From assembly GCF_006345805.1 (NCBI RefSeq), contig NC_043010.1:496001-560000 (forward strand): DNA of 64,000 bases. Direction: 5' to 3'. This document shows positions 39,340-51,545 of this stretch, piece after piece. This DNA is from Octopus sinensis. Its lineage: Eukaryota. Position numbers and translations under genes: made by a program. Within the stretch, counting starts at the first letter, position 1. Each line of letters begins with the position of its first letter. The notes under the pieces are model-generated. The model had not been told where the DNA came from. It saw only the letters and a list, made by a program, of their open reading frames with translations, and ran no database searches.

Positions 39340-39585
39340 GTGTATTTGTGTCACCTTGTTTTGACCTTGTGTAATAGTTGTAAATGATAGTCCCTGTCAT
39401 ACAAGCAGTGTCATTCATTTCTAACATGCTGTGTGAACATGTTGCCTATGGGGAAATATTACTTTGCTCAGGAACAATTAATGGTTGGTGATAGGAAGAG
39501 CATCCAGCTGCAGAAAATCTGCCTCACTAAACTCTCTTTGATCCATGCAAGAATGGAAAAGTGGATGTCAAAATAATGAGGGTGA
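39340..39585 (+). mobile_element. Family C tail
   Basis: ttggtgataggaagagcatccagctgcagaaaatctgcc..ccatgcaagaatggaaaagtggatg. Confidence 0.82.
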
Positions 39586-39854
39586 TTTTTTAAATCTCTC
39601 CCAAACCATTCAAATCCCTTTTGCTCCTTATTGACCATGTAGCAGTTTTTCTAGACATCATTTTAGCATAGAATTCCATAGCATTAGTTTTATCTTAGTT
39701 TTTAGGGTTTTTAACAATTTCTGTTTGCTTTTTGTTGGCTTACTTAAAGGCAGAAATCAACTTTTCATTTTTTTAGCAATTTATGTTAGTTTTTGATTAT
39801 AACTTACAAAATATTTTTGGAGCTATAAAGTGGATATTTTTATCTATTTTATTT

Positions 39855-39901
39855 TATCTAGGTTCAGCTCACGAGCTGTGGTGATGCTGGGGCACCGCCA
39901 T
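39855..39901 (-). mobile_element. Solo 3' stub of a SINE-A-related tail variant
   Basis: Reverse reads tggcggtgccccagcatcaccacagctcgtgagctgaacctagata; same variant at 59501-59547. Confidence 0.75.
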
Positions 39902-40022
39902 TTTAGAATTGTTTTCTAATTGCACAAGATCACCATCTCCATGCATCCATCATAAATATAATATCTCTCTATGTCCAATTTTGTATTGTGTCTCTGAAAT
40001 GTAGTCATTATTTTCTTGTTTT

Positions 40023-40141
40023 TAAGGCAGCAAACTGGCAGAAATGTTAGCATTTCTGAGCGAAATGCTTAGCGGTATTTTGTCTGTCTTTATATTCTGA
40101 GTTCAAATTCTGCCAAGGTCAACTTTGCCTTTCATCCTTTC
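40023..40141 (+). mobile_element. tRNA-derived SINE (family F), 3'-truncated
   Basis: aaggcagcaaactggcagaa..ttctgagttcaaattctgccaaggtcaactttgcctttcatcc. Confidence 0.85.
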
Positions 40142-40252
40142 TAGTTCATTTTATGTTGTTTACTGTTTGTGACGTCCTGTACCCATATATGCATATATAT
40201 ATATATATTATTTACATTATTATTTGATTGAACACCATGCTTCCATTTCCAG

Positions 40253-40289
<37 letters not shown>

Positions 40290-40559
40290 CACACATACAG
40301 AGAAAGATACTGAGAAATTTTGTAGAAATTTTGCTTATGGTAATTTATTCAAAGGAAGTTTTATGAAGATTTGCCACTTGTAAAAAAAACCAAAACCAAA
40401 TTTAAACTTGTAGTGAACAGAAATATACACTTTTAGGAATCTAAAAATGTGTCTGAACCAATCATCTGCAAACTCAACCATTCCAGCAAATTGTATAAAA
40501 TTGAGCATCACAAATGAAGAGCAAAAGGTACTGGAATATATGGAAACATTCCTCTAGAG

Positions 40560-40720
40560 CAGCTGTTCTCAATTGGGGTCCATTTGACCCCTAGGGATGC
40601 ATATAAGTTTTTTGTGGAGTACATGTAAGCAAATTAATACATTGGAGATCCACAATAATATTTTAAGGATCCATGAGAAAATTTTGAGATCCATTGTAAA
40701 GAAATGGTTGAGAACAACTA
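40560..40720. mobile_element. hAT/Charlie-like MITE
   Basis: TIRs cagctgttctcaa / ttgagaacaacta; left flank ctctagag is Charlie-like, right TSD not matched. Confidence 0.6.
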
Positions 40721-40760
40721 AATGAACAGGATTTCAGCAAAAGATTAAAACCAATTCAGA

Positions 40761-41170
40761 TAGGTGCAGGAGTGGCTGCGTGGTAAGTAGCTTGCTTACC
40801 AACCACATGGTTCCGGGTTTAGTCCCAGTGTGTGGCATCTTGGGCAAGTGTCTTCTACTATAGCCTCGGGCTGGCCAAAGCCTTGTGAGTGGATTTAGTA
40901 GTCGGAAACTGAAAGAAGCCCATTGCATATATGTATATGTATATATATGTGTGCGTTTGTGTGTCTGTGTTTGTCCCTCTCAACATCACTTGACAACCGA
41001 TGCTGGTGTGTTTACGTCCCAGTAACTTAGCAGTTCGGCAAAACAGACCGATAGAATAAGTACTAGGCTTACAAAGAATAAGTCCTGGGGTCGATTTACT
41101 CAACTAAAGGTGGTGCTCCAGCATGGCCACAGTCACATGACTGAAACAAATAAAAGAGTAAAACAGTAAA
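40761..41170 (+). mobile_element. SINE family A, full-length
   Basis: Collinear with the reference copy. Confidence 0.95.
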
Positions 41171-41194
41171 GTGTGAGTATTGCTATGATTCTGA

Positions 41195-42700
41195 TTAGTT
41201 TCAATGTGACCAGCCTCTACATGAATATACCCCATAATTTAGGATTAGAAATTATGGAATTCTGGATAAATACCCACACAAAATTCAGAAGTTCTTATGA
41301 GAATTCAATCTAGAAAGATTAGGATTGGTGATAGAAAACAAATACTTCTTTTATAACTAATATTACCTTCAAATAAAAGAGATGGCTACAGACACGAAAG
41401 CTGCAATCACTTTTGCAACACTAGAAATGGGATTCATTGAAGAAACAAAATCTAAACCTGATCTGGGATTACTTTTGATCAACGCTTCCAATCTTTGACT
41501 GGAAAAATTACCTGGATAACTGTTTCATATTTTTGGAACAGAAGTAAAGAAGTCCTTACAAGGCTCCTTAAATTAATTAATAACATTCATGCATTGATCC
41601 AATGAAAAATAATGAATAAGTGAAAGAGAACTTACTTTTTTGTTGTTTTGGTAATTAAGGAAAATGAAACTGTTACAACTGATATCTGTTGTAAGGACAC
41701 AGACACACAACAATACCTAGATTTTTGATCTTGCTGTTCATCATATTACCCCATCTAACATGGCAAAAATGTATATATTCAATAGTTAGAGACTCAAGCA
41801 GGTAAGAGAAAGACAAGTGGTAAAACTAAATCTATTGCTCCAGAAAAACTCGAAATCCTCACAATGAAGGACAAGGAAAAAAAAAAAAATCTTTCATTTG
41901 TTCTTACCACATCTTACACCTGGTAAGAAACCACATTTTACATCTGGTTAAATGATACTTTCTAATTGTACAGAAATCATAAAATCTTAGCAAACTAATT
42001 AAATAGGTACAAATTATTAAAAGCCAAAGATTAAAGACAATAGCAGAACAATTTACATCAGGAGAAATAATGCAGATAGCAAAATGTGGAGACCTTCATT
42101 TTGGGGTGTGTAAATTGATTATAAGTAAGTTCACTGCCATCAATTCACCAGAGGGAAAGTTCACTATGAAGAAAGTTCAACTCGAGGAAAGTTTATCAAG
42201 AAAATATATCCATAGTATCTCACCATTAATAGTCAAAAACTATTTTATTGGGAAAAACAAAAACAAAAACAAAAAAACAGTGAATTGATGACAGTGAATT
42301 TTCCCTGCAGTGAATTGATGATGATGAACTTACTGGACATGGTGTAAATTAATTGAAAAGGGCAAAAACCAACAGATTCAAGAATGGAAATGAATTGATA
42401 GTTAAGGCAAATATGAATTGGCAGACAGAAAAAATCTCATTCACTGCAACTCAAGCCCAAAATATGATGAAAGTTATATCAGCCAAACGGGATCAAAATT
42501 TGCAGAACTGTATTCACAGAAGAGTATATAAGCAATATTTCAAAGATTCATCTCTTAGAAATGTTCCATGTAGTGAGCATTTAGACATTTGTGCAAACAG
42601 AAAATTCAAAGTATTCCTTTTTACAATATAATTTAAGAAAATGATCAATAATGAAAATCAAAAGACTATTTTATAAGAATTCTAAATTTGAAACTAAACT
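41195..42700 (+). mobile_element. Decayed Penelope-like retroelement, second lineage (Penelope/Poseidon-like RT plus GIY-YIG)
   Basis: FNVTSLYMNIPHNLG, YLQIKEMATDTKAAITFATLEMG, WKNYLDNCFI, TDICCKDTDTQQYL, KCG..GVC, YISQTG, VPCSEHLDICA..FKVF, DYFI..KLN across frameshifts. Confidence 0.85.
42118..42342. mobile_element. MITE inserted in the PLE, 9-bp TSD (Mutator-like)
   Basis: ~42-bp subterminal IRs (from 42124; to 42334); flanks tgtaaattg (42109-42117) and tgtaaatta (42343-42351). Confidence 0.75.
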
Positions 42701-44029
42701 GGAGATAATAAACATTGATGCTAAAAACAATTACCTCAATACAAATTACATTAAAATATGTGTATTTGAAAAGCTGAACATTTTTCATAAGATTTGTGTC
42801 AATCTGTGTTTTTAAAGTATTTTTTTTTTTAAAATAAGAAATAACTTTTAATTTAAGAAAATATTTCTTCAAATTTTTTGATTGTATCAAGAATTACTTT
42901 CTGAAAACTATATATATTTACATCCACATTTACATGCATATACATATATATATACTCACATTTACATATATATATGTGTGCGTTATATGGGTGTATGTAT
43001 ATGTGTAAATATATATATATACATACATATATATATGTATATGTGTGTGTGTATACATACAATATATATATATACTTTTTTTATATACATACATTTCTAT
43101 GTATGTACCTGTCTATCTATAAATGTATACATGCATATATATGTGTCACAACTACACCTTAACATAGTTACTACCTAACGCGTAGCTCAATGAATCCTGT
43201 AAAGCACTAAAGTGCATGTGTCTATATTTATGTGTGTGTCTATCTATATCTATATCTATCTATCTATATATATATATATATGTGTGTGTGAGTGTGTGTG
43301 TGTGAATGCAGAAAGAAAGAGTGAGAGTCAGGGAAACAGACAGAGGGAGGGAGAGATGGAGAGAGAGAGTGAAAGAGAGATCAAACGAAACGGGTGAGAA
43401 ATTATGGCTGTGTCCATCGGCAATCATTAATGTAAGGAATGGGCACAAATAATATAAACGTGACAATAGTTACACACACACTCACACGCACACACACACA
43501 TATGCATGCACACACACTCACATGCATGTCTATACATGCACGCACATATTTCACCCATCTCTGTTTTATTACAAAAGATTTCATTTTTATTTTTTATTAT
43601 ATTTCTTCTTTTTATTTTCTTTTTCAACATTTGTCTCCCCTTTGCATAAAACTTTAGTGATTTATCTTTGGCTCATGCATGGGGGGGGGGAAGGATGCAA
43701 ATAATTTTTCAATGACAATAGCAAGAACAACAACAATCATAGTGTATACGAATGGAAACAGACATATATCGGAATATGTCAAAGATTATTTGTGTGTTTC
43801 CAGTGTTCTTTTTTCAATAATTTTTTCATATAAAATTTTTTCTGTTCTTTTTTGCCTATTTGTTAATTTTTTGTAAACTTCAGTTTTATGAGTTACCAGG
43901 AAAGAAAAAACGAATTTTTACATGGACTAATAAATATATTGCTATCTATAATCTTCAAAGACACTTCTGGATAATAATATTAACAACAACAATAAGGTAG
44001 TTGTTGATGATGTTGATCTTAGTGGTGGT

Positions 44030-44393
44030 GATGACAATGATGATGATGATGATGATGATGATGATGGTGATGATGATGGTGGTGGTGGTGGTGGTGGTGG
44101 TTGTGGTGGTTGTGGTGGTGGTGGTGCTAATGATGTGATGATGATGATGGTAGAGACGATGATGATGATGACGATGATGGTGCTGGTGGTGGTGATGATG
44201 ATGATGATGGTGGTGGTGGTGTGGTGGTGGTGGTGCTAATGATGTGATGATGATGATGGTAGAGACGATGATGATGATGACGATGATGGTGCTGGTGGTG
44301 GTGATGATGATGTGATGATGGTGGTGGTGGTGGTGGTGGTGGTGGTGGTGGTGGTGGTGGTGGTGGTGATGATGATGATGATGATGATGATGA

Positions 44394-44457
<64 letters not shown>

Positions 44458-44623
44458 GTTGTTGTTGTTGTGGTGATGGTACTGGTGGTGGTACTCATAA
44501 TGATGATGATGGTAGTGAGGATGATGATGATGATGATGGTGGTGGTCATAGTGATGATGAAAAGTGAAAATAACAATAATGATGAAAATGATGACAATGA
44601 AACTGATAATACTGATGGTGAAG

Positions 44624-44657
<34 letters not shown>

Positions 44658-44760
44658 TAATAATAATAATAATGATAATAATAATAATAATGATAATAAT
44701 AATAATAATGATAATAATAATAATTGCTACACGATAATGAATTTGATGACGATGGTGATA
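44030..44760. repeat. Compound (GAT)/(GGT)/(AAT) tract with a duplicated ~95-bp block
   Basis: gctaatgatgtgatgatgatgatggtagagacgatg occurs at ~44126 and ~44235. Confidence 0.95.
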
Positions 44761-44976
44761 ATGGTAGAGAATAGAGGAATAATAAAATTTGAAATCAAAT
44801 GAAATAAAACAGTTTTTGCTGAATTCTGGTATTGTAATGAGAAATACTAGAATAAAGAAATCTAACGACAAATATAAAAAAGTAGTAAAAATGGAAAAAT
44901 GAAATATTCACATATTCTTGCAAGTACAAACATATACTTATGTATGTATGTGTGTGCATGTATGTGCGTATATATA

Positions 44977-45014
<38 letters not shown>

Positions 45015-45550
45015 TATGTGTGTGTGTTTGTATGCATTTGTGCATTATAATTCATCCGTAGCCATCAGAGCTAAGATGGCCAACATTCGAAATTTAGAAA
45101 GGAGATCCACAGGATATGCAGTAAATGCAGTGAGATAGGAAGCTAAAAAATCAACAAGATATAATTCCAAAAAGTCTTTGTAGAGAATACATAAACACAC
45201 ACACATATGCATAGACGTACACACATAAGCATATATATATATATATATATGCGCATATGTGTGTGTTATATAAATATATATGTATGTGTGTGTACATATA
45301 TCTTTGTGTGTATGTGTATATATATTTAAACCCACAAATAAAGAATATTTATCCACCAATGCAATGTTGAACACTTATTCCCACTGTTTCATATTAATGT
45401 ATATATGTATATATATGTATATGTATGTGTATAAATCTATCTATTATTTATGTATATATATATATATAAGGATAAGATCATTAATTTAAAATAAAATAAC
45501 GATCTCATCAAGTGGCCAGCATGGAGAAAATAACCTTCAAAGGTAATAAT

Positions 45551-45757
45551 TATTAAAATTATAAATTAGGGTATCTACGAGATACCGCCATGCTGAAAAT
45601 AGCAGCTGCAGCCAAATCTATCCCTTTCATAAGGAAAAACACATTTGATAATATATTGCTAAACATTATGTTATAAATGAGAGGTTATATGGATGGGATG
45701 TTTTTGATCATCCAGCATGGTGGTATCTTGTAGATACCCTCAGTGATAATTTTAATA
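45551..45757. mobile_element. MITE-like element with ~45-bp imperfect TIRs
   Basis: attaaaattat..agggtatctacgagataccgccatgctg vs cagcatggtggtatcttgtagataccct..ataattttaat. Confidence 0.75.
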
Positions 45758-45768
45758 TATATATATAT

Positions 45769-46068
45769 CATCATCATCATCATCATCGTTTAACGTCCGC
45801 TTTCCGCGCTAGCACGGGTTGGACGGTTCGACCGGGTCTGGGAAGCCAGGGGCCGCTCCAGGCTCCAGTCTGAATCTGGCAGAGTTTCTACGGCTGGATG
45901 CCCTTCCTAACGCCAACCACTCCGTGAGTGGATTGGGTGCTTTTTACGTGCCACCTGCACAGGGGCCGGAGGGTCCGGCATCGGTCACGATCGGTTCAAG
46001 CTTTTAACGTGTCAGCGGCACGGGGGCAACGAGGTCCGGGGTACTTTGGGGATCGGGGTACTTTGGGA
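45769..46068 (-). mobile_element. RTE tail (family B), CpG-rich variant subfamily
   Basis: (CAT)n tail plus family B core; divergent GC-rich 5' part ending in a 17-bp tandem duplication. Confidence 0.88.
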
Positions 46069-46300
46069 TATATATACACATATGTACATACATACATATA
46101 TATATATATATACATTTTTAACTGCTAGTATCTCATCTAGTTATTCAAATTTCGCATGCCCACTCATTAGTCCATGGACTAATGTGGAGGAAATCTGAAT
46201 GAGGACAGCAGATAGGTATTGGAAAAGGAAAGAGAAGGGGACCTAGCTGGGTTTTGATTGACTGACTGAATGATTGAATGAATAAATTGATTAGTTACAC

Positions 46301-46760
46301 CAGGGGTTGGCGAACAGGGGTAAATTTTTCTTCTGGTATGAGGAGGCAGTCAAAAAGTTGCTGCTTTTTGCAACAGGCTACCTTTGCGAACAAGGATTTT
46401 CCACTAATGAATGTAAAAACAAAGCAGAGTAATTGTTTGAACCCCAGAGACTCCAAATTGCTCTGACATTAAAATGCCCCAATTTTGAAGTAATTGTAAT
46501 AAAAATGAAACATCTTTTCTCCAAAACCTGAAGTGAAAAAGTTTCTAGAAAAATCCTTTTCTTTCACAATGAGGATATTAATTTATTTTATTGAATTTGT
46601 TTTATATTTTTTATATTTATAATTGTACTCTCCATATAAATAGTTTCAATAAACCTTTTGAATTCAAAGTTTCTATGATTTTCTTCCTTTCAAAACAAGG
46701 GGGTAACATTTGCATAAATGTAATTTGGGGTAATTGGCTAAAAAACTTCCCTGACCACTG
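46301..46760 (+). mobile_element. hAT (Buster/Charlie) internally deleted transposon with dimerization-domain remnant
   Basis: AVKKLLLFATGYLCEQGFS..VKTKQSNCL; termini cagggg / ccactg; flanks agtTAcac and agtTAagt. Confidence 0.85.
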
Positions 46761-47016
46761 AGTTAAGTGGTTAAACCAGTTGACTAAAAATAATGAAAGA
46801 AGTGAAATAAAACCTGTGTGTATGTTTATTAATGACATGATGACCCTCCCAAGAAACAGTGAAATCTGTTTTAGCATATGAGTTCAAATCAAGAATCTTG
46901 GAAACCAAATATATAAACAAAATTATAAATTTTATATTAGGGTTTTAGAGATTCAAAAGTTAGAATTTAAAGGTCGTTAGATATTAGATGACTTTTTGCA
47001 TTCATTAAGTTACACA

Positions 47017-47438
47017 TCTGTGTGGTGAGAAGTTTCCTTACTAACCACATGGTTCTGGGTTCAGTCTCATTGCATGTCACTTTGGGTGAGTGTCTTCTAC
47101 TATAGCCTTGAGTTGACCAAAACCTTGAGTGGACTTGATAGATGGAAACTGAAAGAAGCCCATTGTATGTGTTGTGTGAGTGTGTGTTGTGTGTGTGAGT
47201 GTGTGTGTGTGTGTTTGTGTGTGCATGTATTTGTGCCTGTGTTTGTCCCCCTCACCGCTTGACAACCAGTGTTTCTTTGTTTACATCCCAGTAACTTAGT
47301 TCTTCATCAAAAGAAACTAATAGAATAAGTGCCAGGCTTAAATAAGTACCGATGTTGATTTGTTCAACTAAAAACTTTTCAAGGTGGTGCCCCAGCATGG
47401 TCACTGTCTAATGGCTGAAACAAGTAAAGGATAAAAGA
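47017..47438 (+). mobile_element. SINE family A, full-length, diverged
   Basis: Collinear with the reference copy. Confidence 0.88.
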
Positions 47439-47837
47439 TTCTAACATATAATGGAGTAAATAAAAACTCTCTGTCAAAATTATGCATCATAAAATTGTCT
47501 ATGGAAATAAATATGATTGCATTTAGGAATTTACCAATTTCTGAAATTACTAGCATATTCGTGAAAGAAAACTAATAGAGAGTATGTGCTGTCGGGAGTT
47601 AGCGTGATCTTGGATTTGTGAGGTTCTTTGAATGGCCTCATTTGTAAGTTTTCCTGTATCAGGCAAACTTCGTCCACATATTCCTATATTTTTGTATACC
47701 TTATTTTGTAGGCTTTTCATTTCATTCCATCTCCTTTCCTCCTCATCACCCAATCTTATCTAAACCATTGTACATTGTAACCTGTCTTTGTAATGTTCCC
47801 TTCATCTGTGTCCCTGGGATAAATATAATATATTATT

Positions 47838-47899
<62 letters not shown>

Positions 47900-47947
47900 C
47901 ATGTCATCATCATCATCATTATCATCATTATCATCATTATTACCCAT

Positions 47948-48152
47948 AAGGCAGTGACCTAGCAGAATAGAGTCAGAAAAATTGCTGTATTTATTCCAGT
48001 TCTTTATGTTCTGAGTTCAAATCCTGCTGAGGTCAACTTTGCCTTTCATCCTTTCAGAGTTGATAAAATAAACTACCAGTTAAGTACTGGAGTCAATGTA
48101 ATCAACTTGCTTCTACCCTCAAAATCATTAGCCATTTGTCAAAATTGGAAGC
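47948..48152 (+). mobile_element. tRNA-derived SINE (family F)
   Basis: Homologous to 40023-40141, with 3' part. Confidence 0.85.
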
Positions 48153-48217
48153 CACCACCACCACCACCACCACCATCATCATCATCATTAAGAAACTTGA
48201 CAAGCACTGAGTTTTTT

Positions 48218-48332
48218 AGATTGACTGAGCAATCAGCTGAAGCCTCTACAGGATGTGCACAGTCTATGGGTGATGGCCACAGATGACTAGAGCTGACTTG
48301 AATATGATTAATGAAAGTATTGATAGAAAAAT
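48218..48332 (+). repeat. Left arm of a dispersed inverted pair (partner 50475-50590)
   Basis: 63-nt core with 2 mismatches to the reverse complement of the partner. Confidence 0.92.
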
Positions 48333-48387
48333 GACAGTGGTGATAATGATAATGATGATGATGACGATGATGATAACAACAACAATA

Positions 48388-48424
<37 letters not shown>

Positions 48425-49329
48425 GAAGAAGAAGAGAAGAAGAAGAAGAATAATAGACACTAAGTTAATAAAGAAAAGTTTACAAGTTGCCAAAGTCACA
48501 ACAAACACATATAGGCCCACCACTATACTTTTCTGGTTCTCCATCACTACCAAACACACACACACACACACACACGCATACACACACACACGGACCACAT
48601 GCATATATGCTCACATATACATTCACAAGCACACACAAAAAAAAGCAAGAATAATATTCGATAGCTAAACCTCTCATCTCTACTCTTAAAAACGATGACA
48701 ACAAAAGAAAAATCAAAAATAGCAAAAGTGACAACAAAATCAAAAAGAAAAAGAAAACCTAAAGCAGTGTTGCCAGCTAAACCAACCAAGAGAATAACAA
48801 TAGGTGCAGAGTACCTCAACGACGACGATACATCGAACCATAAAAACTTGTCACTGTTCATCATCAAATGATTGATAGATATTTCTTTTGTGTCTGCATT
48901 CAAGCAAAACCTCAGTTCTGCTATGAAACACTGCTGTTCCACTCTCCGAGACTTATGGACTGTGTGATTGATAATGAAGACTCCTGTCAAACAATAAATC
49001 ATACATACACAGTTACCTTTTCCCAACGCCTGGCCTCAACAACTGTCCGATATCCGATGATCGCGTGTCTGTCTGTTTGTCGAAGTTCCAACAAGCAAAC
49101 CAGCAGCTTGTAGTTGTTGTTGTTGTTGTTGTTACTCTTTGTATTATTTCAACAGAACTTTACTGCAATTCCATCACCATGACCATCACCACCAACACCA
49201 CTAACTCCAAATTCCTTCTGCCTTCTTGCTTCTTTATTCACTTGTTCACTCTTTGAGATGCTTCCATTGTTCCGTTGTTGCCGACCTAGCTGCTTCTCCA
49301 CAAACTTTTCTTTCCTTCTTTCTCATTCT

Positions 49330-50101
49330 TCTTCTTCATCCCCAACTTCCTCATTCTTCTTCTTCTTCTTCTTCTTCTTCTTCTTCTTCATTCTTCTTCT
49401 TCATCTTCTTCTTCTTCTTCTTCTTCTTCTTCTTCTTCGTCTTCTTCTTCTTCTTCTCTTCTTCTCTTCATTCTTCTTCTTCATTCTTCTTCTTCTTCTT
49501 CTCTTCTTCTTCTTCTTCGTCTTCTTCTTCTCTTCTTCTTCTTCTTCTTCATTCTTCTTCTTCATTCTTCGTCTTCATTCTTCTTCTTCTTCTTCTTCTT
49601 TTCATTCTTCTTCTTCATTCTTCGTCTTCATCTTCTTCTTCTTCTTCTTCATTCTTCTTCTTATTCTTCTTCGTCTTCTTCTTCTTCTTCTTCTTATTCT
49701 TCTTCATTCTTTGTCTTCTTCTTCTTCTTCATTTTTCTTCTTCTTCTTCTTCTTCTTCTTCTTCATTCTTCTTCATTCTTCGTCTTCATTCTTCTTCTTC
49801 ATTCTTCGTCTTCATTCTTCTTCTTCTTCTTCTTCTTCTTCATTCTTCTTCTTCATTCTTCGTCTTCATTCTTCTTCTTCTTCTTCTTCATTCTTCTTCT
49901 TCTTCTTCTTCGTCTTCTTCTTCTTCTTCTTCTTCTTCTTCATTCTTTGTCTTCATTCTTCTTCTTCTTCATTTTTCTTCTTCTTCTTCTTCTTCTTCTT
50001 CATTCTTCTTCATTCTTCGTCTTCATTCTTCTTCTTCTTCTTCATTCTTCTTCTTCTTCTTCATTCTTCTTCTTCTTCTTCTTCTTCTTCTTCTTCTTCT
50101 C
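49330..50101. repeat. ~770-bp interrupted (TTC)n / GAA.TTC tract
   Basis: Direct reading; interruptions ttcattc and ttcgtc. Confidence 0.97.
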
Positions 50102-50211
50102 CTCCTTCACCTCCTTCCCCCTCTCTTTAACCTAAACCAGAACCTACTATCTCCTCCAACAACGGAAGCTGTCAAATCACCTCTTTCAGTTTATTTTATT
50201 CATTTACTCTC

Positions 50212-50470
50212 ATCACCACCACCACCACCATCACCACCACCACCACTACCACCACCACCACCACCACCACCACCACCACCACCACCACATCACCACCACC
50301 ATCACCACCACCATCACCACCACCACCACCATCACCACCACCACCACCACCATCACCACCACCACCACCATCACCACCACCACCACTACCACCACCACCA
50401 CCACCACCATCACCATCATCACCATTACCACTACCATGACCGTCATCATCATCATCAGCACCACTACCAA
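50212..50470. repeat. (CAC)/(CAT)n tract
   Basis: Direct reading. Confidence 0.97.
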
Positions 50471-50474
50471 CTTC

Positions 50475-50590
50475 ACTTATTCTGTTGATACCTTCATTAA
50501 TCTTATTAAGTCAGTTCTAGTCATCTGTGGCCATCACCCATAGACTGTGGACATCCTGTAGAGGCTTCAGTTGATTGGTCAATCAGTCAT
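50475..50590 (-). repeat. Right arm of the inverted pair (partner 48218-48332)
   Basis: gtcatctgtggccatcacccatagactgtggacatcctgtagaggcttcag. Confidence 0.92.
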
Positions 50591-51545
50591 CCAGAGAGAG
50601 GCTGCTGGCAATACCAAATGAGGCAAGGAAAGTGTAGGTGGGGGCTGGGAAGGAGAAGGAAATTGGTGGAATATTTCTATGCTTTTTTAAAAAAAAATTA
50701 TTTCTTTTTATTTTTTTATCTGCTGCAGATCTTTTCTTATCAACTTTCATAACACTGATGGACCACGAAATCAGACAGAGAAACTATGTGGTCGGTTGAT
50801 CTGCTTGAAATAGCAACCAAATCTCCCTTACCACATCCTACCATCTTATATAAGAATAAGAAAACTCATTCGATAATGCAGGCATACATTTGTCAAAATG
50901 AATGTGATGGTCATGGCTTTGATCACAGAATGGAATGCAAAGTGTGTCTGAGTGTATGGATGCATGAATGTGTGAATTAGAGTCTGTATAGGTGTGAATC
51001 TGTGTGTGTGTGTGTATTATAGTGTGTGCATATGTGAATGTGTGTCGATGTTTGTATATGTTTTTCTTTTGTGCCTGAATGTGTGTGTTTGAGTGTGCAT
51101 GTATGTATGAATGTATTTGTGAATATGTATGTGTATTGTGCTTAATAGATTTCCCTTGACTAAGGACCAATTAACTTAAATTAACTAATCCCAGTATATC
51201 ACAGGTACATATTTTTACTGATTGCAGACAGGATGAATAAGATTCAACCCAGGTGAAATTTGAAGGAGAGAGAGGGAAGAAGTAAAAGTAAAAGAGAGAG
51301 TAAAGGTGAGGGAAAGGGACAGATAAGGAAAGAGAGAGAGAGAGCTGGAAAGGGGAAAGAAAGAAAGGAAGATAAAGTGAGAGAAAGGAAGAGATAGGGA
51401 AAAAGAGAGAAAGAGGGACAGGAGACTTCAAGACTTATGGCCCTAATACTTAAAACAGTTCCATTGGAGGAATCCAAGGGTTAGGCAGTGGTGTTCAACT
51501 AAAAGCGGGATTAAGTTCCTTACCTGATAAAAGAAATGGTACCTC

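Noticed and set aside
49226-50488. 420-aa and 290-aa ORFs
   Set aside because: Stop-free only because of the TTC and CAC tracts
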